Notes under the pieces: model-generated
Database searches by the model: none
What the model saw: the letters and a program-made list of their open reading frames with translations, nothing else
Told to the model about the DNA's origin: nothing
Shown here: positions 48,887 through 58,640 of the stretch, one piece after another
Layout of the letters: each line of letters starts with the position of its first letter
How positions within the stretch are numbered: the stretch's first letter is position 1
Position numbers and translations under genes: made by a program
Assembly: GCA_964291405.2 (NCBI GenBank)
Contig: OZ219926.1
Coordinates: 4,672,001-4,736,000 of the forward strand
DNA length: 64,000 nucleotides
Direction: 5' to 3'
Source of the DNA: Thermodesulfobacteriota bacterium
GTDB taxonomy: Bacteria > Desulfobacterota > Binatia > Bin18

Positions 48887-50931
48887 TACCGGTACAACTC
48901 CTCGTGTTTGAACGTATGATCCGGCAACCGAATACGCGGGTAGAGTGAGGGGAGGCCGTCGCGGCCGAGGAGGAGAAAATCAACCGGCACGAGTGGCATG
49001 GGCACGTCAAGGCCGACATAGCTGCTGAAATGGTCTCTGCCAAATGCCAGTCGGGTCCCGAGGATGTCTCTGGGCAGCGTCCCCCGGACGTCAAACCCTT
49101 CTCCCAGGCTCCCGGTGAGATAGGGCAGAACGCGCCAGCCGTCTTCGTCATTTTTTTCAAACTGGCTCTTGAGAGTGATATCCGCGGGCTCCGCCCCTCG
49201 GACCAATTTGGCAATGGCCCGGTCCCCACGGTAGAAGGCGTCTTCATAGCCCTTTTCCCGGAACTTGCGCCAAAACTGCTGCCACGACGCGGTGGGCACC
49301 CCGTACACTTTGGTGCGAGGGCCGGTGTCGCTCTCTAAGCGCAGGGTAATGTCGCCGTGCGGGGAGAGGACGATGCCGTCGTCCGTGAGTTCAACATTCC
49401 GCCAGTCGCCATCATACAGCTCCCGTTTGAGGCCGAGACCCTGAGTGCCGAACAGGTCCGGGTTGTCGCGCAGGAACCTTTTAGTGAGCCGTAAGCCTTG
49501 GTTTTCAGGCCGACTGACCTGCTGGAATTCTTCCGCCGCCTCCTTTGCCGCCTCAGTCTTGGGATAACTCTCCAGCAGCCGGCGCAGATAGGCCTGCTTC
49601 TCTGTTTGGTGCGGACTGGCTTTGGCTTGTTCGAGCAGGGCTGTTGCCGCGTTTTCCCGGAGCTTGGGAATCTCTTCTTCCATGCCGGCCAGCGTGTAAT
49701 ACTCAATCGCTTTCTCGACCTTGCCTTCCTTGGCATAGGCTTTGGCCAGGAGAGGGTAGATATCCGGGGAGCGTTCCTCCGGGGGGGTCTGCTGTAAGTA
49801 TTTTTCGCCCTCGGTAATGATCCCTTGTTGGGAGACGGCTCGTCCGGTCATAACCTTCCAGAGTTTCCCCAAGGTCTGGATCGTGGTCAGCCCGCCAAAG
49901 GTCGCCGCGCCGACCAGCCCCTCCGTGCCGAGCTGGAGGCCCGCCACAACAATATTGTCTTTGACAAAACCTCCCCCCGGCAGCATATAGGTCAAGGTTT
50001 CTTTGCTGTGCTCCCACTCCGCCTGTTTCACACCGGCGAGTGGGTCTTGGGGGACCTCCGGGTCGTACTGGTTGAGCGCGTCATAATGTTGCAGGCGAGA
50101 CTCGACCTGCCGGACCCCGGCCTTGGCCTTTTCAGTGTTTTCGTCAACCAGCAGGGCGAGTTGATAATGAAAATTGGCCTGCCAATAGTCCTCTTCAGCG
50201 AATGCCTGCTCAGCCCGGGCTAACTCCGCCTTGACAAGGGCTTCTTTTCGTTTCGTATCCAGGGCTTCCATTTTGGCCTGGACTTCCGGGACCCGCGGGT
50301 CATTCGGGGCTTCTTCGAGGAAACGCCGATACAGGGCCAGGGCCTTACGCTCGCGTGGACTGGGTCCTGAGTGCCGGCCAACCGAAGAGACCACGCCTTG
50401 CGCGGCGTAGGGGCTTGGGCTGGCGGGCGCACCAAGAAACAGCCGGGCCACGTCAAAGGTCGAGAGCACCCAATTGAACAGCCGGCCAACACGGTGCCGC
50501 TTTTCCGAGGCGTAGAGTCGATCTGCCTGGGAGAGCAGTTCATCCGGCGTCGCGTTCAGTTCCATAAGCGGGAGTTCTTCCTGCTCGTCCTGCTCTACGG
50601 ACCGGTACAGCAGAGCATAAACCAGGGGAGTGACGCCCGTGGCCTCCTCTTCCTGCGCTTCGAGTTGAGTGTCGTGCTGCGCCAGTTGCACGATCCGGCC
50701 GCGTAATGCCGACGAATCGTCCAAGAAACCATCAATAATCGCGTCGGCAACCTGTCTGCCGACCTCATCCGGAAAGTACCGTTCCGGGGGCAACGGCGGC
50801 ACAAAAGGATTATAGGCCGGCAAAAATTCCGTTACCCGCCGGGCCAGGGGATCTGCGAAATCTCGCGCGTGTAGAAGCGTCGCGGACACGAACTGGCAAC
50901 ACAGGAGCAGAGTGATGACCCGATACCACAT
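48886..50931 (-). CDS. Exported TPR-like helical repeat protein
   Basis: Signal peptide; repeated A...Y..A helices; beta-rich C-terminus. Confidence 0.7.
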   Translation of the reverse strand: MWYRVITLLLCCQFVSATLLHARDFADPLARRVTEFLPAYNPFVPPLPPERYFPDEVGRQVADAIIDGFLDDSSALRGRIVQLAQHDTQLEAQEEEATGVTPLVYALLYRSVEQDEQEELPLMELNATPDELLSQADRLYASEKRHRVGRLFNWVLSTFDVARLFLGAPASPSPYAAQGVVSSVGRHSGPSPRERKALALYRRFLEEAPNDPRVPEVQAKMEALDTKRKEALVKAELARAEQAFAEEDYWQANFHYQLALLVDENTEKAKAGVRQVESRLQHYDALNQYDPEVPQDPLAGVKQAEWEHSKETLTYMLPGGGFVKDNIVVAGLQLGTEGLVGAATFGGLTTIQTLGKLWKVMTGRAVSQQGIITEGEKYLQQTPPEERSPDIYPLLAKAYAKEGKVEKAIEYYTLAGMEEEIPKLRENAATALLEQAKASPHQTEKQAYLRRLLESYPKTEAAKEAAEEFQQVSRPENQGLRLTKRFLRDNPDLFGTQGLGLKRELYDGDWRNVELTDDGIVLSPHGDITLRLESDTGPRTKVYGVPTASWQQFWRKFREKGYEDAFYRGDRAIAKLVRGAEPADITLKSQFEKNDEDGWRVLPYLTGSLGEGFDVRGTLPRDILGTRLAFGRDHFSSYVGLDVPMPLVPVDFLLLGRDGLPSLYPRIRLPDHTFKHEELYR

Positions 50932-50952
50932 GTCGTTTTCTTCGCGGGCGGC

Positions 50953-52206
50953 TTAGCGGCCTAAACGTCCGACCTTGGCCATATAGGCTTCAAGCGCTTC
51001 GAGTTTGCCCTTGGCTTCAAGTTTTTCCATGATGCCGTCCTGTTGTGCAACCGTGGCGTAATGCTGAAGGGCCGCTCGTCCCAGGGCTTCAAAGATGTTC
51101 GTATCAAAACGGAGACTTTCAGGATCATTCTGAGCCGTATATTCGTGGGCGAGGGTGACGTAGAAATCCCCCAACTCCAGCCGATACCGATACCGATTTT
51201 TGCTCTCCCGGTGTTTATCAAGTAACTGCTGATAGGCCAAGATCACGCTCTCGTTGCCGTCCTCAATCCGGTAGCGGTTGAGGATAAAGAAGGCGACTTT
51301 CGCCCGGTCAAGCCGCTCTTCTTCTTCCCGTGCCAGGGTCCCGTACGACGTATTGTCATACTGCTGGGCCAGGTCTCGCCACTGGTGCGCCTGTTCGTCA
51401 AGCGCCTGCACATACTCAACCGCGGTTGTCGCTGTCGGTGCCTGCTGAGCGAGCGCCTGAAAGGCGGTGAGCGCTTCGACGGCTTGCAGTGCCTCCTGTT
51501 TGAGGCGGCTTTTGCCCTGGGCGACGCGTTGATACTCGGCCAGGGCCTGTTCATAGGCGTGCAGCCCCTCATACGCCCGTCCTCGCGTGAAGGCGATAAT
51601 GGCGGGATAGGCACCGGGATGCTTGGTTTCATAGTCGTTAATACGAGTGAGAGTAGCCTTATGGACATTAGCCCCGGTCACATCTTTGGGGAGCGGAAAG
51701 CGGTAAGTGTCTTTTGTCGCCACACGCTGAAACTCGGCGACCGCTTTGAGAAGGTCCTGCTCGGTCCGATACTGCGTATTGCCGTTTGGACCTGCCTCGT
51801 CGGGAGACAACCCCGGCATCCACGTGAGCCAGCCCGAGGACTCTCCTGCTTGGGGAGGGCCGAGCGCCGGCAGGGGCGGCAGGGGTTCATCCGGCTGAGC
51901 GGGCGGCAGTTCGGGTGGAACGGACTCGGTCGGCGGAGGATGCGGAGAGATGATACCCATCTCGTCGACACGGGCTAAAAAGTCCCAGGCCAGTTCTGCC
52001 TCCGGATCGTCTACTTCTTCCGCTTTTTTCTGCGGCGCGGGCGATGGGTCTGACCGAACGACAGATCGTACGGGCTCCTGGTTAATGAACGGGGGGGGGC
52101 GCCTCGCCTGACAACCGGCAAGGGACAGGCTGGCCCCGACCACGCAGAGCCAGAAAATCAGGCTCACAGAGAATTCTCCGGTCGTGTCGGGATAGAGACG
52201 TAACAT
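50953..52206 (-). CDS. Lipoprotein with TPR-like helical repeats
   Basis: Lipobox LSLAGC, Pro-rich linker, GRAYEGL..YEQALAEY, LELGDFY. Confidence 0.7.
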   Translation of the reverse strand: MLRLYPDTTGEFSVSLIFWLCVVGASLSLAGCQARRPPPFINQEPVRSVVRSDPSPAPQKKAEEVDDPEAELAWDFLARVDEMGIISPHPPPTESVPPELPPAQPDEPLPPLPALGPPQAGESSGWLTWMPGLSPDEAGPNGNTQYRTEQDLLKAVAEFQRVATKDTYRFPLPKDVTGANVHKATLTRINDYETKHPGAYPAIIAFTRGRAYEGLHAYEQALAEYQRVAQGKSRLKQEALQAVEALTAFQALAQQAPTATTAVEYVQALDEQAHQWRDLAQQYDNTSYGTLAREEEERLDRAKVAFFILNRYRIEDGNESVILAYQQLLDKHRESKNRYRYRLELGDFYVTLAHEYTAQNDPESLRFDTNIFEALGRAALQHYATVAQQDGIMEKLEAKGKLEALEAYMAKVGRLGR

Positions 52207-52480
52207 GGTCCTATGAAGTATAGCCTGCCGCAGCCGTTCCAGCTGTTCGGATGTCGGCCGCCCGCCCGCAGGCTCATCCCCAGCTTAAAGTGGGAAGCGG
52301 AGCGAGTCAAAGAGAGAAACTTCAGTTCGCCCCCGTGTCTTAGGGGGAGGATGTTTTTCCGGTGCCGCATGTTCTCGTCTTCCCTTGTCATTTTTATGGC
52401 TATTTCTATCAATTTTGATAGTGCAAGGCGCGGCAGGGTAGTGTAGTATGCCGGGCTTAATCGAAACCTGAAGTGGTCAA

Positions 52481-55400
52481 GTGCGCGTGAACCCCAATAG
52501 CTTCACACCGAGCCCCGCCAGTTTTCCGTCTCCCCTGTTGGCGGCCGCGCTTCTGGTCCTGCTGGCCGTCTGCCGGGTCTCGGCCGTATGGGCGCAGGCG
52601 ACGTTCACGGACACGCTCCGTTCGGGCGGCGAGGGGCCGGAGATGGTGGTCATCCCGGCGGGCTCGTTCCGCATGGGCTGCCTGAACGATGATGGCGACT
52701 GTGATCCAGACGAATTTCCGGTGCACCGTGTGACCGTCCCGTCATTTGCGCTGGGGAAGTACGAGGTAACGTTTGCCGAGTGGGACGCGTGTGTCGCTGC
52801 TGGTGGCTGTAACGGCCGTTGGCCGGACGACATCGGCTGGGGTCGCGGCGACCGGCCGGTGATAACAGTGGACTGGCACGACGCGCAGTCCTACGTGGCG
52901 TGGTTGTCGGCGCAGACCGGCGAGGACTATCGCCTGCCGAGCGAGGCGGAGTGGGAGTACGCGGCACGGGCGGGGACGGAGACGAAATATCACTGGGGTG
53001 ACGAAATCGGGACGAACCGGGCGAACTGCCGCTCCTGTGGCAGCCAGTGGGATTATTCGCAGACGGCGCCGGTGGGCAGTTTCGCCCCGAACGCGTGGGA
53101 TCTGTACGACATGCACGGCAATGTTCGGGAGTGGACGGAGGACTGCTGGAACAGCAGTTATGCGGGCGCGCCGAATGATGGGAGCGCGTGGGAGAGTGGA
53201 GATTGTAGTCATCGGAGCCTGCGCGGCAGCTCCTGGCACAGCAGACCGAGGCTCCTCCGCTCGGCCTACCGCCTCAGGCGCACTGCTGACCTTCGGCTCG
53301 ACAGCAGCGGATTCCGCATTGCCCGGTCGATGAGTTCTACGACGACACCCCCCTCATCGGACGGGGTCTTAGAGAACCCCTCTCCCGATTCCTCTCAGAG
53401 TGGGGTGGGGGTGATCTCGGGCTGGGCGTGCGACGCTGATACGATTGAGATTCAGTTCAACCACGAGCCGCCCCAAGCAGCGGCCTACGGCACGAGCCGG
53501 CCCGATACCCAGGGCGTGTGTGGCGACAGCGACAACGGCTTCGGGCTGCTGTTCAACTGGAACCTGTTAGGGGAGGGACGCCACACTGTGCGGGCGTTGC
53601 TGGATGGCGCGGAGTTTGCGCGGACCCAAGTGACCGTCACCACCTTTGACGAGGAGTTTTTGCGCGGGGTGCAGGGTAGCGTACGCGTGCCTAACTTTCC
53701 CCGTCGGGGAGAGAGTCGGACCCTGGTGTGGCAACAGTCCCAGCAGAACTTTGTCATCACCGCCGGTCAGTCCCGCCAAGGCGGAGGCACGAGCGGGAGT
53801 CCCCCGCGGGTGTTGGAGAACCCCGGCCCGAACTCGTATCAGAGTGGGGTGGGGGTGATTTCGGGCTGGGTGTGTGACGCCGAGCAGGTCGAGCTCATTA
53901 TTGGGGACTTATCCCCCCAACGAGCCGGCTACGGGACCGAGCGGCTGGACACGGCCGGGGTATGTGGGGATACGAACAACGGCTTTGGATTACTGTTCAA
54001 CTGGAATCGGTTAGACGATGGGGTGCACACCGTGCGGGCACTGGCCGATGGGCGAGAGTTTGCCCAGGTGACCGTGCAGGTGACCACCTTGGGAGAAGAG
54101 TTTGCGCGGGGGCTGAGCCGAGAGGTAACCGTAGCCGACTTCCCGGAGGTGGGGCGCGACACCACTCTGGTGTGGCAACAGGCCAAACAGAACTTCGTCA
54201 TCACCGGGGTGACTACCGGTGACGCGGACTACGACGGCGACGGTATCCCGGACCAGTTCGACCCCGATGACGACAACGACGGCGTCGCAGACACCGAGGA
54301 CGCGTTTCCCTTTGATCCCACGGAGTGGGCCGATAGTGATGGCGACGGCATCGGGAACAATGCCGATCCGGACGACGGGCCGATCACCGACAGCCTCATG
54401 TTCGATGGGCGCGTGACACTGGTCGGCGCCCTGGCAGAGGCCAGCATTGTCGTCTCCACGCTCAACGGCATCCCGGTGGCGCAAGGCGAAACAACGGCAA
54501 CGGGCGAGTTCGAGTTGTCGCTAAGTGCCGCGTCGCTTCCTGAGATCGTGCTCATCACTGCGTACGGCGGCGAGGAGCGAGGCGTAGCCGACGACGCAGA
54601 CCCCGTCGTCAACAAGGGCCGGCTCCATACGCTCGTCACCAAGGCCCAACTCCGGGCGGCAACCGGAGGGATGCTCAACCTCAACCCACTGACCGAGATC
54701 GTTTATCACGAGGCACGGCGGCGCTATCCGGAGGCCGGCCCAACGCCCTCAGCAGCCGCGCTTGCGGCGTATCTGGACGCCGTCGCCCAGAAATATATCG
54801 CCCCCGGCGACTACGCGGCGGTCTTAGCCTTCGACGCCGACATCGACCGCGCCGCGTCCACGTTGGACTGGGACCTTGTCACAATGGGCCTGGTGGCCGC
54901 CGTCAGAGCCGGGGCGGGTGACGGCGAGATCGCCAACCGGGTCTCGGCGTTGGCCACACAGTTCGAGGCCGAAGGCACGCAGGAGGAGACCTTCGAGCTC
55001 CGCCGCGTGGCCGGCACTGGGGCCACCCGCGTCGTGACCGTGGCCCGAGAGGACGATGAGGGGGAGGTACGGAGCGTGCGGCAGACCTTCATCGATGACA
55101 ACGGTGCCTTCGTTGACGCCCGTCTGATCAAGATCACCGAGGACAAGAGCCGGGTGTCCATCACCATCAGCTATGCGGGCCGAACCTTCTCGATCACCGG
55201 CTCCAGCACGATTCTCGAAGGTGTAACGTTCACGCCCGCAGGGCTCGAGGCATTCGTGTCGCGCCTCGTGACGGTGTCGGTGCAGGGGGACGCGGTGGTT
55301 ATGGACATCGACAAAGACCTGTCCCATGCCATTTCGGACGGGGAGCTGATTTTCCGGGTCGATGGGCGCACCCCGCACAGAGAGGAAGTCACCGTGCTCC

Positions 55401-56203
55401 AGGACGACCCAAAAATAGAGTGGGATTTGGGGTTCGACCTGGCGTCCTTTTCCAAGCCTGCGGAGCTGGAGCTAATAGCGGACGTGGAGGTGGACGGTGA
55501 GCAGATTCTGGCCTGGGCGAACGAGGACATCCTGCTGATCCGGGTGCCTGACGACAAGTACGCCGAGTTGGCGGGCATCGACAAGGACGCGCTGATCGGC
55601 GCTGCCCGGAATCTCGGGATCGATATCTTTCTGGCCGTGGCGGCGGCGGTGAAGCCGACCTTCTGGGTATTCTCGTTGGGAAAGGTCATTTCGGCTATGA
55701 GTGACGTGATCTTCCTTTTGACTCGCGGCGATGACCTCTTGGAGTTGGGGGTGGCGAGCTCGCGGGCCGCCCTCAGGGAGTTCACGGACGAGAGCAGGCC
55801 AAGCGGAGCGGTCAGCGAGGCGATTGCGCCGGGCCGCCGATACGCCCTAGACCTGTTCTTCAAGATGTACACGTGCGGCAAGTACGCAACGGTCGAGTAC
55901 GGCAGCGCGCCTGGTCGTTCCGAATGTCCGGACATCTCCTTGGGCATCAACGTCATAGACACGTTCGTGTACGAACACGACCAACTCGGAACTGGCTCAC
56001 ATGGCTCGACCATAACATGCCCGAAAGGCTACCGTGTTCTCTCCGCCTCGAAAAGGTGCCAGAGGCGCGCCGGGTCGGGGTACTCGATTCCGGTGATCAC
56101 GTTCAAGCAGCCGGAGGTTCCGTCCCCGAGTCAATCGCTGACCCCATGTCACCATCTAGATTGCAGAGTCCAACAGGTTCACTTCTGGCTCATTCCCAGG
56201 TAG
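52481..56203 (+). CDS. Large exported protein: FGE-sulfatase/CLec domain, two VLENP modules, DxDxDG (TSP3-like) repeats and an unknown region; ends at an in-frame TAG
   Basis: Signal peptide; PEMVVIPAGSFRMG, YRLPSEAEWEYAARAG, LYDMHGNVREW, RGSSW, GFRIAR; DYDGDG..D.DDDNDG. Confidence 0.85.
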   Translation: MRVNPNSFTPSPASFPSPLLAAALLVLLAVCRVSAVWAQATFTDTLRSGGEGPEMVVIPAGSFRMGCLNDDGDCDPDEFPVHRVTVPSFALGKYEVTFAEWDACVAAGGCNGRWPDDIGWGRGDRPVITVDWHDAQSYVAWLSAQTGEDYRLPSEAEWEYAARAGTETKYHWGDEIGTNRANCRSCGSQWDYSQTAPVGSFAPNAWDLYDMHGNVREWTEDCWNSSYAGAPNDGSAWESGDCSHRSLRGSSWHSRPRLLRSAYRLRRTADLRLDSSGFRIARSMSSTTTPPSSDGVLENPSPDSSQSGVGVISGWACDADTIEIQFNHEPPQAAAYGTSRPDTQGVCGDSDNGFGLLFNWNLLGEGRHTVRALLDGAEFARTQVTVTTFDEEFLRGVQGSVRVPNFPRRGESRTLVWQQSQQNFVITAGQSRQGGGTSGSPPRVLENPGPNSYQSGVGVISGWVCDAEQVELIIGDLSPQRAGYGTERLDTAGVCGDTNNGFGLLFNWNRLDDGVHTVRALADGREFAQVTVQVTTLGEEFARGLSREVTVADFPEVGRDTTLVWQQAKQNFVITGVTTGDADYDGDGIPDQFDPDDDNDGVADTEDAFPFDPTEWADSDGDGIGNNADPDDGPITDSLMFDGRVTLVGALAEASIVVSTLNGIPVAQGETTATGEFELSLSAASLPEIVLITAYGGEERGVADDADPVVNKGRLHTLVTKAQLRAATGGMLNLNPLTEIVYHEARRRYPEAGPTPSAAALAAYLDAVAQKYIAPGDYAAVLAFDADIDRAASTLDWDLVTMGLVAAVRAGAGDGEIANRVSALATQFEAEGTQEETFELRRVAGTGATRVVTVAREDDEGEVRSVRQTFIDDNGAFVDARLIKITEDKSRVSITISYAGRTFSITGSSTILEGVTFTPAGLEAFVSRLVTVSVQGDAVVMDIDKDLSHAISDGELIFRVDGRTPHREEVTVLQDDPKIEWDLGFDLASFSKPAELELIADVEVDGEQILAWANEDILLIRVPDDKYAELAGIDKDALIGAARNLGIDIFLAVAAAVKPTFWVFSLGKVISAMSDVIFLLTRGDDLLELGVASSRAALREFTDESRPSGAVSEAIAPGRRYALDLFFKMYTCGKYATVEYGSAPGRSECPDISLGINVIDTFVYEHDQLGTGSHGSTITCPKGYRVLSASKRCQRRAGSGYSIPVITFKQPEVPSPSQSLTPCHHLDCRVQQVHFWLIPR

Positions 56204-57448
56204 GACGTCGAGTTCGAACTGGTCGATTGGGAGCCCGAACCCGACGAAGGCTTGGCGTACGCGTACAAGTCGTTGGAGCTGAGCGACAACGTCGGGCTGT
56301 ACTCGCGCAATTTGGAGTACAAGCTCGACCTGAGCGAGCTGGACCTGTTACCGGATTTCCATGCCCGGATAGACGAACGCACAGCCGAATTGGTCCTGGA
56401 CGCGCGGCCGACGATCATTGGCCTCCCCGCCGAGGCGGCGAGCTACCGTTGGAGCTACCGTAATCATGAGAACAGCGCAGGGGGCCCCCTCGGTGTCAAT
56501 GAGGTGGGTCCGTCGGATGAGGTGGTTCATCGCGTGCCGCTCTCCGCGTTCAACACGGCGGGCACCGCGGGGATCGTGGACATCAAGCTGGACCTGCAGG
56601 TCACCGGGGTCCATAGTCGCGGTCGGGGCGAGACGACGTTCTCGAAGACGATTGTCCGGTCGGTGCAAGTCGCCGATCCAGACGAAGCCGAGCCGCCGGA
56701 CGTCGGGACGACGTTCAGGGACACGCTGTCTTCGGGCGGCGTGGGGCCGGAGATGGTGGTGATTCCCGCGGGTTCATTCCGCATGGGCTGCCTGAACGAT
56801 GATGGGGACTGTTATTCGGACGAGTTTCCAGTGCATACCGTGAATGTGCCACGGTTCGCGCTATCGCAGTACGAGGTGACATTTGCTGAATGGGACGCCT
56901 GCGTAGCCGCTGGCGGATGCAACGGCTACCAGCCAGGCGACCGGGGCTGGGGTCGGGGTGACCGGCCAGTGATTCCCGTGAGCTGGAACGACGCGCAATC
57001 CTACGTGGCCTGGTTGTCGGCGCAGACCGGCGAGGAGTATCGCCTACCGAGCGAAGCGGAGTGGGAGTATGCGGCGCGGGCGGGGACGGAGACCAGGTAT
57101 CACTGGGGCGACGCAATCGGGGTGAACCGGGCGAACTGCGACGGGTGCGGCAGCCAGTGGGACAACCGCGAGACGGCGCCGGTGGGCAGTTTCGCCCCGA
57201 ACGCGTGGAGCCTGTACGATATGCACGGCAATGCTATGGAGTGGACGGAGGACTGCTGGAACAACAGTTATACGGGCGCGCCGAATGATGGGAGCGCGTG
57301 GGAGAGTGGCAACTGCTCCCGCCGGGTTCTGCGCGGCGGTTCCTGGGACTTCTACCCGAGGTTCCTCCGTTCGGCCGACCGCGACTGGCTCACCGCTGGC
57401 CTTCGGGACCATGACAACGGATTCCGTATTGCCCGGTCGCTCCCTTAA
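56204..57448 (+). CDS. In-frame continuation of the 52481 protein, ending in a second FGE/CLec domain
   Basis: Same reading frame as 52481 and open immediately after the TAG; second PEMVVIPAGSFRMG...RGGSW...GFRIARSLP. Confidence 0.75.
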   Translation, partial: DVEFELVDWEPEPDEGLAYAYKSLELSDNVGLYSRNLEYKLDLSELDLLPDFHARIDERTAELVLDARPTIIGLPAEAASYRWSYRNHENSAGGPLGVNEVGPSDEVVHRVPLSAFNTAGTAGIVDIKLDLQVTGVHSRGRGETTFSKTIVRSVQVADPDEAEPPDVGTTFRDTLSSGGVGPEMVVIPAGSFRMGCLNDDGDCYSDEFPVHTVNVPRFALSQYEVTFAEWDACVAAGGCNGYQPGDRGWGRGDRPVIPVSWNDAQSYVAWLSAQTGEEYRLPSEAEWEYAARAGTETRYHWGDAIGVNRANCDGCGSQWDNRETAPVGSFAPNAWSLYDMHGNAMEWTEDCWNNSYTGAPNDGSAWESGNCSRRVLRGGSWDFYPRFLRSADRDWLTAGLRDHDNGFRIARSLP

Positions 57449-57457
57449 ATCCTGGTT

Positions 57458-57502
57458 CTTTACCTCTTTACCTCCGGGGGTCCAGGGGGCGGTGCCCCCT
57501 GG
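57458..57502 (+). other. DGR-like target-end signature: CTTTACCT repeat plus GC hairpin
   Basis: ctttacctctttacct, then CCAGGGGGC-GGT-GCCCCCTGG, just after the FGE gene stop. Confidence 0.55.
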
Positions 57503-57582
57503 CCAAATTTTCCGAAGCTCCTGCCCCTTGCTGTTCGCGGCACGACTTCAGCGCAACGCGAACAGCGCCGCCTCGGGGGCCT

Positions 57583-57684
57583 GCTTCGACTTCGCTCCGC
57601 TACGCTCAGCATGAACGGAGTCGAAGGGCGTAGCCCGCAAGGGCGGAGTCGAAGCATGGATGCCGGATCACGTCCGGCATGACG
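57583..57684. repeat. Composite palindromic intergenic repeat
   Basis: gcttcgacttcgc...gagtcgaagc arms plus tggatgccggatcacgtccggcatgacg, which recurs near 58488-58515 and is related to 15340-15414. Confidence 0.6.
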
Positions 57685-57711
57685 CAAGCGTACCGGCGCG
57701 ACTGCAACTGT

Positions 57712-58122
57712 CTATGGCACGACTTCGAAGGGAGAGGTGCCGTGAATTCGATACGCCTGAAAATGGCTGTCCAGAGTGAAAATCCGCCGGAGGTTCTGCT
57801 GTTCGGCGACCACCACCAGTGAAGCATCTGCGAGATCCATTGGCGCGTCATGGTACTGCCGCATGAGAACCTGCATCCGTTCCCACTCTTTTGCCTCGGG
57901 TGTGTGCAGAATAACCAAGCCGTCAGCCAGATAGCTCCACAGCTCCTCCTGAGCAGGCAGGCCACCCACGCGCCAGAGAAGGTACATCGCCTCAACCAGA
58001 CACGGCCAGGTCGTGAGTAATGGGACGGCTGGAAGGGTGCGCAACGCGGCTACACTCTGGGGATGATATGGATCATTGCGGTCGATCAACGCAACCAGCG
58101 GGCCAGTATCACACAGGATCAC
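57712..58122 (-). CDS. VapC/PIN domain toxin
   Basis: VILCDTGPLVALID..D..H, L.EAMYLL, MDLADASLV..AE, IFTLD..F. Confidence 0.9.
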   Translation of the reverse strand: MILCDTGPLVALIDRNDPYHPQSVAALRTLPAVPLLTTWPCLVEAMYLLWRVGGLPAQEELWSYLADGLVILHTPEAKEWERMQVLMRQYHDAPMDLADASLVVVAEQQNLRRIFTLDSHFQAYRIHGTSPFEVVP

Positions 58123-58409
58123 AGATGTCCTGCTTTCCGCTTCTCCTCCAGATAGTCCGTGAAGGCTGATCCGCATTCCTCAGGCAGCCGTTCCTTGCCG
58201 CCACTCTGAATGCGGCCGACCCGGCCGACAAAAAGGTCCGCGAGCGTCTGAGGACTCTGCGCTTGCTCTGCATCCTCACTCGGTGTTGTCTGCGGAGAAT
58301 GGGAGGAGAGGTGGGCGGCGATCCAGCCGAGCGGGCTGAGGCCACGTGCATCCGCAGCCTCCTTGAGAGCGGTGTACAGCGCATCCGGCATTTCAAGCAG
58401 ATGACTCAT
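58119..58409 (-). CDS. Putative antitoxin (ribbon-helix-helix-like N-terminus)
   Basis: LEMPDALYTALKEAA..RG.SP; GTGA overlap with the PIN gene. Confidence 0.75.
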   Translation of the reverse strand: MSHLLEMPDALYTALKEAADARGLSPLGWIAAHLSSHSPQTTPSEDAEQAQSPQTLADLFVGRVGRIQSGGKERLPEECGSAFTDYLEEKRKAGHL

Positions 58410-58640
58410 ACAGTTCCTCCAGGGGCATTCTAGCGCGAAAGGGAAAGACGGGCTAGCAGCGCTTCAAACTGATGCTCACACCTATACTGGATGCTGGATC
58501 ACGTCCGGCATGACGAGAGCCAAACAGCACGGCTACAGCCCATGGTGAAACGCTCTGGTAAAAGGCAGGTTGGAGAAATTGCGGTTGCCCGGAGCGAATG
58601 ATACAGACATGCGGTGATACACTAACTGAGGAGGAAGAAC

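Noticed and set aside
56201-56203. Pyrrolysine codon as a firm call
   Set aside because: No pyl genes in the window and the protein is not a known Pyl family; kept only as one alternative
52481-58600. Complete DGR cassette in the window
   Set aside because: No reverse transcriptase, Avd or AAC-rich template repeat seen; only target-like features are claimed
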